From assembly GCA_030324005.1 (NCBI GenBank), contig JARDVH010000073.1:80588220-80652219 (forward strand): 64,000 nucleotides of DNA. The letters are read 5' to 3'. Origin of the DNA: Negaprion brevirostris. Its lineage: Eukaryota. Position numbers and translations under genes: made by a program. The notes under the pieces were generated by a model. That model worked only from the letters and a program-made list of their open reading frames with translations, had not been told where the DNA came from and searched no databases. Positions 55,097-64,000 of the stretch are shown in pieces. Position 1 is the first letter of the stretch; every line of letters begins with the position of its first letter.

Positions 55097-55459
55097 AGGA
55101 AAGACTTCATATCTAACCCTCGATTACGGAGCTGTCCCATCACGTAATCCCAGCTCCCAGGATTGGAGCGGCTACGGCCTCCAGCTGTACGATTGCGTGA
55201 GCCCGCCATACCACTTGGCCTGTGCTGGGCTCTGTAGGGAGACCTGCTGCCGGAGGTTGTCTGCTGTTGGAATTGAAGCTGCCCAAGGCTCTGGCTGGTG
55301 GTGGGTTGGCTCTGGGCAGGTCTATGGTGCTGCAGCGGCTGCTGCAGGCTCTGCTGCCTCTGCAGCGTCCGAGGTCGCGGGCATTTCGACTGTTGGTCAC
55401 CTGGTGGCGTAGATATGTGCTCTAATGTGGACGCTGCTGATAAGGTCGGCTCATCCAAG
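55097..55459 (-). CDS. SYT7: Synaptotagmin-7 alternatively spliced linker exon (363 nt, phase 2/2)
   Basis: Encodes LDEPTLSAASTLEHI...KCPRPRTLQRQQSLQQPL...SQPTTSQSLGQLQ...AGGRSRSNPGSWDYVMGQLRNRGLDMKSF(L), matching the long-isoform SYT7 linker (mammalian RSRSNPGSWDHVVGQIRNRGLDMKSFL). A long polypyrimidine tract and TAG acceptor lie at 55460-55462 and a GTAAGT donor at 55091-55096. Length is divisible by 3. Confidence 0.95.
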
Positions 55460-56225
55460 CTAACAGCACAGCATGAGAGAAGAAAAGAGCAGAAAGAAAG
55501 AGTAAAGGGAGAAAACAAAAAGCAAAGCACAGTTAGCGAAGTCACCTGGGGTGAAGTACAGTAATGGTCTTGAGTTTGGTGGATATCTGGCTTTGCTTTG
55601 CACTCAGATTATTAACACATCATTACTGACAGGTGATTCTCATTTCCTGTAGAGTGCCTCTTTGCTGGACAGTTACAACACAATGTAATCAACTCTAATT
55701 TAAATTGTTCTTGTTTTTTTGCCCTCCTCATCACGATCAGCCTGTGTCTTCCACCAGTTGCCGGAACACAGCAGGTGAGTAAGGCTGAACAGAAATGCAC
55801 TTAAGTGGTTTGCTGAAAACAAAACAGCTTTAGCTATGGAACGAACATCCTTCCCCCAGCACTGGCAGGTAGTCGTAAGCAAAACCAGCATCAGGACTAA
55901 AATTATTGGTAGCATTTTAGGGAATTAAATGTAATAATTCCCATAGGTGACAAACATTCAATTTTCAGAAATATCTTGACTTGTTAAAAAATGTACTGCA
56001 AAGAGATGACAATGGAAAGTAATGTTCGGCAAAAATCTTATTTTCTGGCATATTTACATCTTTATTATATTTCTGCATCATTTTTTGTTTGCATTAAACA
56101 CCTCCAGAGCAATTTTTGTACAATAATTAATGTTAGATGCGGGGAGAAAGCTTATGAAATTGGGGCAAAATTGAAGCCTCATCACTGGCAAACTCAGTCA
56201 CGTGGTGACACAGAACTTGAATATT

Positions 56226-56700
56226 GCTGAAAAGAGAGACATGTTGCTGAAGCTTTTCATCTTGCACTCATCAGGACAAATGAAAGAATGCTAAGTTTCA
56301 AATGATCACAACATTTTATGCTATAGGAACAAGGTGCTGACAGATTGGCAAGTCAACTCTGAGTTGCTGATGTGTTACAATGGGGAAAGCAATGGGGAAT
56401 TTTGGTCTCCCCAAGCTTCCACGGAATTCAAAAAAGGGCTCAAGGCTTGACCATATTCCTTTTGTTCTTAGAGAATGGGCTCCTGAGTCAGAACGTATGC
56501 TGTTTGAGGCAAGGGTGATTGAGCCACATTAGGAGTTCAACTGATTATCTTAAATTGGTTGTTTCTGTAGCTGCTAACACTCTCAGGATTGTTCAGCAAG
56601 TGCTGCCCAAACACAGAATCACAACTAACAATATACATTTTGTTTTGGATTTTGCAAGTGTGAACTGGTTGAATATGTCTGTACTCTGCCTTTTACAAAC
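56226..56700 (-). mobile_element. Penelope-like element 3' end (GIY-YIG C-terminal remnant plus hammerhead-containing terminus)
   Basis: Minus strand reads CDSVFGQHLLNNPESVSSYRNNQFKIIS (PLE endonuclease SAIGQHL motif). CTGATGA..GAAA motif at 56244-56279. Confidence 0.75.
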
Positions 56701-57199
56701 AACTGAAGGAATATGCTGTTTGTTCAGCCCACCACTGGGACATATGATCTATGTACCTGGCATTGCACTGGCACCCTAACCTCCTACCCCATGCACATTT
56801 CTGATATGTAGGTGATAAGTTTGTGATCTTTGAGTCTGCAAGATTTTCTTACGCTCCTTTATACATTCCATTAAACATTTTCAGATGGAACAGTTTAACC
56901 TGCTTCTTTTCTGTTAGATTCCTTTCTAACTGAGAAATCCGCTAACGGGTTCTCTACTATGATCTACCACAAACCTATCTTCACCAGTCAATATATATGT
57001 TAGGATTTCAATAACCTCTATGCACTATAATACTTGTTTTGTCAACAAACTTGTAAATAGGATCTAGCCATTTGCTCACTTGATATAGAAATAGAGTACA
57101 AGAAAGTCATCCTGGTCAGATTGCCATGTATTGTACAAACTTGCAAAAAGGCCAAAAACCTGAAAAATGCTGCATCTACCTCAAAATAATCTGGAAATG

Positions 57200-57990
57200 C
57201 AAAGCATCTCAAAAATGTGAATAATAGATTAAACAAGCTGTTTCACGCTGCTACCACGCAGTAGCTACATGAGTCGTATTTTCCACTAACAGGAGGTTGT
57301 TGCAGCCCAAAATGATATCATACAATTGAGTAGCATCATGTATGAATTTTAGAGCTGTTGTGATATCAGGTCTGTAGGCCATACACCCCAACGACTGGCT
57401 GATCAAATTGAAGAGCATCAGTTGTTTGTAATTGGCAAAGCACAGTCTGAACTTAACTACCCCACTCATGCAAAACCTAAAACACAACATCTACTGTTAA
57501 ATGTGATACACTGATTGGGCAAGCACTTGCTGAAAATTCCTGTGTGCGTTAATATAGATAATCAAGCATGAAACATGGCTCAGTTCTGCTTGTTAAAAAT
57601 AATATACATAGAAGCAAGAAGCGGGAATAGGCCATTCAGCCTTTCAAGCCTGTTCTGCCATTCATTTTGATCATGGCTTGATCATCGAATTCAATCTCCT
57701 AATCCCCACTTCCCTCCGTCCATTTAGTCTGCAGAGCTAAATCTATAGAATGCAATCATTACTCTCTAGAAACAAAAGAAACATGTCCAAGCCTTACAAC
57801 TTTCTTGAATTACTGGAAGCTGGGAGATCCTATAGTGCCCCCCACCGCCCCAATATTCTCGCCAGGGCAACTGTTTGGCCAATCACAGTCAACTTGCTAA
57901 CCAATCAGCATCCTATTCTGTAGTATAAATTGTGATCATTGGAAATTTGGCGTTCTTATAATCTCCTTAGTGTAGCTATACGAAGAAAGC
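57200..57990 (+). mobile_element. Penelope-like element GIY-YIG endonuclease remnant and 3' region
   Basis: SSIMYEF*SCCDIRSVGHTPQRLADQIEEH matches a degenerate VYxFxC.C...YVGxT.xRL..RIxEH motif. 57870-57957 is the reverse complement of the 56283-56370 region. A CR1 tail is inserted at ~57607-57745. Confidence 0.75.
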
Positions 57991-58550
57991 AATTTCAGAT
58001 TATAAAACAGAGAGAGAAAAGAGAGAAAGTTAAAGTTGCTGCAGTTTTTTGCAGAGGGAATTTGATCTTTGGTCCTCTAGTCATGGAAATAGTGTTTACT
58101 TATAAAGAAAATCGCTGTCAATTCCTTTATATTTCAATGGACTTTTAATACCTGTGGAAGATACAAGATTTTAAAACAGAGACAATGTTTGAACTTCCAG
58201 TCTCCTTTTCTCTGGATATTCAATTATATGACCAACTGAAGCATTGGTTATCAAAGGACCTTCACATTCAGGGAGAGAGTGATTTCCCTGCAGGGACTTG
58301 GTCCTATTTTAGCTGCTGCCATTCAGTCAGCACTGTGTATATTCTCCTCAGCCGATTTGTCAATGCAGATTACTTAGATGGCATATCTCTGCTCCAATGC
58401 ATTATTGCAGTGTTGTAGGCAAATTGCAAGCTATCTGGAAAAAAAAATCAACTATATCTTAACATCACAGCAACTTTAATTTAACACATTGGGTGCCCAG
58501 GGTGGAAGCGAAAACTACTTATTTTTAAAACTTGTGTGCGTGTAAGCTAA

Positions 58551-58872
58551 GCACTGTGGCACAGTGGTTTGCACTGCTGCCTCACAGCGCCAGGGACTCA
58601 GGTTCAATTCTGGCCTCAGGTCACTGTCTGTGTGGAGTTTGCATATTCTCTCCATGTCTGCATGAATTTCCTCCAGGTGCTCCGGTTTCTTCCCACAGTC
58701 CAAAGATGTGCAGGTTAGGTTGATTGGCTGTGATAAATTAACCCTTAGTGTCAGGGATGTTAGCAGGGATTTCATGGATTACAGGGATAGGACCTGGGTG
58801 GGATTGTTGTTGGTGAAGACTTAATGGGCCGAATGGTTGCCTTCTGCATTGCAGGGATTCTATGATTCTATG
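58551..58872 (+). mobile_element. HE1-type SINE, full length
   Basis: tggcacagtggtttgcactgctgcctcacagcgccagggactcaggttcaattc ... gggattctatgattctatga. Confidence 0.9.
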
Positions 58873-61159
58873 AACCATGTAAAATCCCAGTTCAATGAGG
58901 AAGTTGAGAGATAATCTTATCTGCTTTTTAAAATATTAGCTTGGAATTTTATTGGCATAGTAAAAGATTGAGCAGAAAGCCTTTCCTTATTTTTGTTCAG
59001 AGTTCATGAATGTAAGTAATGGGAGATGGAGCACTTTCCAGACAACTTGAGTCAGCACCATGCACTCCCAGTGCTTTATTCTGTGGTAAAACTCCCCCAG
59101 CAAAGTCCATCATACAAGTGCATCTCTATTGCAGTGAAATTTTCATTGCCCACACTAGCCGTTCTGTGACCTCTAAGTAGGATTGTGAATTAATGCTAAA
59201 CTAGGGAAAGTTTTGTGCCATGGGTCAATGTCCACTAGCAATCAAATTATGAAAATACATATCACAGAGTCCTTGTAGCAGACAGACACAGCAAAATTCA
59301 TTCCATCAGCCTGAGTAGGACTCAAATCGGGTTAGATGTGAAAAGTTAGTGTCTAGTATGCTGCACCACCTACCCTGTTTTATGATCCGTTTTTGTGCTG
59401 GTTATGGGCTTGTCAGTGCAGGCTGGGACCAACAGTGTGCTTCCCATACCTGAAGTGTGAATACGTTAAAAGAATTAAATATTAAAATAAAAAGACCATA
59501 TGATCGTCACATCACTGCTTTATGTTTGTCAAGAAGCAATCTGCAATTGGGACAAATGTTGGGCCCCATATGCATTGTAGATAATGAAGTCTCTTCAATT
59601 CAGTATTTGCATAGCCCTAAATGTGCTGGTTTTAAATTCTCAAATATCTAAAAATCATAAATACAGATTTTGATCTGAGTCAGTGGACAAAGTGGGCATA
59701 TGAATTGGTGAAGAATGCTTTATTTTCTTCCTTCTGACTTGCTTTCCTTCCTACCCAATTCTAAACAAAAGTAGGAGACAATCAACACAACATGTTGGCA
59801 ATGTCATGTAACTGGCATCCTTAATATCAATTCTCAAAAAGATCAGCAGTAAGCAGAGTTTATGAAGCTGCAGCATGCAAGAGTCTACATGCTTGGCAAG
59901 GGGTGAGAGTTAGCTAAGCACATGACAGCCGAGTCCTCAAGGTGAGGGTCATTTTAGTTCACATACATGGATATAAGTTTGGAAAAAATGTAAAACCATA
60001 TTTCAGTTATAGCAATTACTCAACACTTATTTTTCGAGGGAGTAAATGTTGATTTGCAACTTTAAACATTACAAGTCCTGGAGTTCATCATGAGCCCTGA
60101 AGTTTAAAGTGAATTAAATTGCTCCCCTCACCACCAAATCTCACACAAAGCAGATACATGTTTGAAAAGTTGGATGTGACATTGAGAGATTTTCACCAGG
60201 CCACTGTAAACATGCTGTCAGTTGCTAGTACTGCTTAAAACAACACATATATGAGCCAGTTGGTAACAAAGAACAAGCATACAGCAACACCAACACTGAT
60301 GAGGGAGATAAACATGGCACAAATTGGCAATTATGCATTTAGAGTTGCTGGCACATTGCACATTTATATCAAACAGAGACATACACATAGGCTGTATGAT
60401 ACAGCTTTTGTACTGGAACAGCAATAAATGTCTGAAATGGATAACACTGGAATAGGAGAGTATACAATGTTAAGGCTCTTTTTAAGGATCACAAACTCAC
60501 ACACACTCATTCACTCATTACAGATCGACTTATGGAGTGAATTACTTGCATAATTCATCTCACTGAAGATGAGTGGCACTCATCATAGTTCAGTTGCTAA
60601 TTGCAACGGTATCCAGATATATAAATATTAAAATATAAATGTCCAGATATATAAATACAATTGAGTTCCTAATATAACCAGAGATTATCTTTTTCTATAA
60701 TGTAAATCATAAAAAAAATGTCTAAAGGGATATTATCAAGTCTGAGTCCATGAATTCACAGATTTATCTCTGTCCAGAAATTAACATTCCAATTTGGCCA
60801 CAAGTCCCAGAAGTATAAATCAGAAATAAATAAATCAGAAATAAATACTCGAACAAAGCCAAGGGTTTCCTTCGATGCACAGGTGCTCAATTACTCATGT
60901 TCCTAAGGCACTCACTACCTAAAAAGACACATCAAACTGAGCATGGTTTTCAACGCAAGCGCTTTGATATAAGATCAATACAATCGTGATTTTTTTTCAA
61001 CAGTGTCATATCCCAGTTCAGTCAGAGATTGTGCTTTTGTTTCAAACGAAGCAACTACAATGTAAATACACCCATACATAAACACATCACAATTTACCTG
61101 TATGGTCACATGTTTTGCTGCACAACTTGAATTCAGATAGTGCCACTGATGTATAGAAT

Positions 61160-61790
61160 ATCACAAAAGGTACTTCACAGAAGAGAAACAAATGATGAGC
61201 AGCAAAAGACAAAGTGGGAGAAATGACTGAATGCACAATTGAAGAAGTAGATTTTTAAAGGAAGGAATAGAAATAGCAAGACTGAGACTCTTCTGGAGGA
61301 ACTTCCCAAGAATAGGGTCAAGATGATTGAAGACTGTGGTGCCAAGATAGAGCTGAATGCCATAGGATACATGGAAAACCACAGTTGGAGACCTAATGAA
61401 GAGAGGCTGCAGTACAGGACTGGAAGAGATTAATGAGATGAGTGTATGACGTTGTGAAGGAATCGATACGCAAGGATGAAGTTTTTGAATTCAATGGATT
61501 GAGCGATGGAAAGGGAATTGAGTTTACAGGGACAGTGACACAGGTTGAAGGACGCTTTAGAGTATAGAATGCAGACCTTGGAGTTGCAGAGATATCTTAG
61601 CGAGTTTATGCAGGGTAGAACTTGAGCAGCTGGTAAGGGATATGTCAGGGAAGATAAGTTAACAAAGGTGACAAATATCATTAGCAGTAGGGCAATGTCA
61701 AGGTTGGAGGCGAACCAGCTGTGTTTTTGGTAGGAGCCAAATAGGATGATTAAATTCTTACCACTATTTGGTTGAATATCATTGAACTTC
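61160..61790 (-). mobile_element. Ancient L2/CR1-like LINE 3' remnant
   Basis: Remnant LNSLSIAQSIEFKNFILAYRFLH and YPMAFSSILAP.., typical of L2 3' regions. Confidence 0.5.
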
Positions 61791-61976
61791 CTACTTGATT
61801 GCAAACAAATGATATGACAATAAAGAGGTGGCCATGGAGAACTTATAGCTGTATATCATATGGAAGACTACCCCATAGCTATAGATCATATTGTTGAGAC
61901 ACATTTGGGAAAAGAGGAAATAAAAACAAAAGTGAAATTTTGGGGTATCTCTGAGGAGACCACAGGGATAGGTAAT

Positions 61977-62107
61977 TGTGTACACACACGTGTGTGTACA
62001 CGTGTGTGTACACGTGTGTGTACACGTGTGCGTGTGCGTACGTACACGTGTGTGTACACGTGTGTGTACACGAGTGTGACCACGTGTGTGTGTGAGAGAG
62101 AGAGAGA
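61977..62107. repeat. (CACGTGTGTGTA)n 12-bp tandem repeat followed by (TG)n(GA)n
   Basis: Directly visible, with seven CACGTG and one CACGAG. Confidence 0.95.
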
Positions 62108-63439
62108 AAGAGTGCATATGCATTAGCAATTATGAGCCAGATTTCTGTGTTCCATAAAGGTTGGGGATGGGTGTGGGGTTTGGCAGAAATCTAAACTGCG
62201 GGGTCTGAAATTTGAATTTCCCCTCAAAAAGAATCCCACACAACTACCCATAGGTGTGAAGAGCTTCAGTCTAGGTTTGGCTTGTGAGCCCACATGCACA
62301 GCCTGTGACATTAGGGTCACTATTGACAGGGCAGGAGAAGTTTGTATTTCATACCAACAATATTTCTGTTGAGTGGCATTTGGAAGCCTTTGGAAAACCC
62401 ACCAAGTAAGAGAGTGCAGGAAATTTGCTGAGGCATCAGGAACATTCTGACAGGCAAAAGTAACATTAAATATCACTATTCGATGCCATCTTATAAGTTA
62501 GATGTATTTTTGCTGCAGTCATTGATCATGGGGTTTGGTTATGAAAGGGCAGGTTGATCCCTACATCAATCAGTATTGTGTGTTGAGATTAAAGAGCTAC
62601 TCCCAAATGGATAAAGTGCAATTATGTATTTCAAAACTGCAGAAAGAAGTGTGAACTCTCATCATGATCTGAAGTGATTTTAAAGCTGACAGTGTTTTCA
62701 CTTAAAACATAATGCCTGAGTTTAAACTTAAAAGAAAAGCCAGCCCTCTATTTTTGGATTGCTTTGAATGAGAGGCTATCTGACGTAGCTTAGGAAAAAC
62801 CCATGTATTCAATTTGAAAAGGCTCCATTGTCAATGCTGAAATGGTTTGTTTTCACAGATGAGCCTATTATGCTTGACTGAGGTTCAAAATCTGTTAAAG
62901 CACTTATTTCAAAAGTCAATTGTTTACACAGTTATGCAGGAGACTGGGAGTGTGGCTTTACTGACAGTTTTAGGAGAATATAACCTGTCTTAGATGTGGT
63001 TTCTGAATATATGTCTGCTTGCGTTCAATGATCATCTCAAATGAGAGAGAACCTAAATTATTTCCCCTTGACATTCAGTAGTGTTATCGTCGCTAAATTC
63101 CCCATTAACATCTTGGGGGTTACCCCCAACTGGCAAGAAACTAAACCGGATGTGCCATATAAATACAATGGCTATAAGAACAAGTCAGTATTCTCCTGAC
63201 TCCCCAAAGTTTGTCTGCCATCTGCAAGGCACAAGTCAGGAGCGTGATTGAATATTCTCCTGGATGAGTGTAGCTCCAACAACATTCAAGAAGCTTGACA
63301 GCATCCAAAACAAAGCAGCCCACTTTATTAGCACACTCCACCAGCTTAAACATGCACTCCATTGACCACCTAAAAAGGGTAAGGGCAGCAGATACTTGCG
63401 AACACCACCAGCTGCAAGTTCCCCTCCAAGAGGGGACAT

Positions 63440-63712
63440 GAGATGGCTTTGGCTGATAGGACTAAGGAGAATCCTAAGGCGTTCTATAGGTATGTCAAGA
63501 ACAAAAGGTTGGTTAGGACTAGATTAGGGCCAGTTACAGNNNNNNNNNNNNNNNNNNNNNNNNNNNNNNNNNNNNNNNNNNNNNNNNNNNNNNNNNNNNN
63601 NNNNNNNNNNNNNNNNNNNNNNNNNNNNNNNNNNNNNNNAAAAGCTGGTCGGCGCAACATCGTGGGCCGAAGGGCCTGTTCTGCGCTGTAATGTTCTATG
63701 TTCTATGTTCTA
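63440..63712 (+). mobile_element. Young CR1/HER1 LINE (interior in gap) inserted in an older LINE 3' end (63060-63900)
   Basis: LADRTKENPKAFYRYVKNKR before the gap. After the gap, a 3' end gggccgaagggcctgttctgcgctgtaa(tgttcta)n. Confidence 0.8.
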
Positions 63713-64000
63713 AGTCACATACCATCCTGACTTGGAACCATATTACCATTCCTTCACTGTCACTGAGTCAAAATCCTGGAACTCCCTTCCAAAAACCACT
63801 GTGGGTGTACCTATACCAGAAAGTCTGCAGAAGTTCAAGGTTGCAGTTTTCTCAAGGGCAATTAACACTAGCCTAGACAGCAACACTCATATCCTGCGAA
63901 AGAAAACTAATCAACTTAATGATCAGTTAAGGAGTTTTGATTTTTTCAATGGGATTGGAGTTTATTCTGTGCAGTATGAATGGTGATTGATTGGTAATTC

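Noticed and set aside
61791-62129. His/Thr/Cys-rich ORFs (HTRVHTRV / VCTRVCTR)
   Set aside because: They are translations of the 12-bp tandem repeat.
55920-64000. Search for upstream SYT7 exons here, and for downstream LPAGGK/C2-domain exons in 1-23500
   Set aside because: No recognisable match by eye. They probably lie outside the window or in gaps, although diverged exons could have been missed.

Overview
Vertebrate, repeat-rich, gapped genomic DNA (11 N-runs). The HE1-type SINEs, HER1/CR1 LINEs and Deu-domain SINEs point to a shark. The window is almost all intron of synaptotagmin-7 (SYT7, minus strand). Two phase-2/phase-2 exons of the alternatively spliced linker are clear: 55097-55459 (363 nt) and 23533-23655 (123 nt). 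The main anomaly is an intact RANBP17/exportin-7-type exon 2 (42981-43125, minus strand) inside the SYT7 intron. It lies in a ~3.1 kb block that starts with a CR1 LINE, ends at an assembly gap and splits a Harbinger Myb/SANT gene remnant in two. A chimeric contig is the most likely cause, and a real LINE-associated capture is the alternative. Other content: a decayed Ty3/Gypsy retrotransposon with nested insertions, Penelope-like fragments carrying minimal hammerhead-ribozyme motifs, a ~335 bp inverted duplication, a 16-bp minisatellite with three-unit higher-order structure, and a tandem CACGTG E-box / alternating purine-pyrimidine array. No CRISPR, rRNA or tRNA genes are supported, and I cannot demonstrate a novel biological system from sequence alone. 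Repeat boundaries are approximate and family names come from recalled motifs, not database searches.
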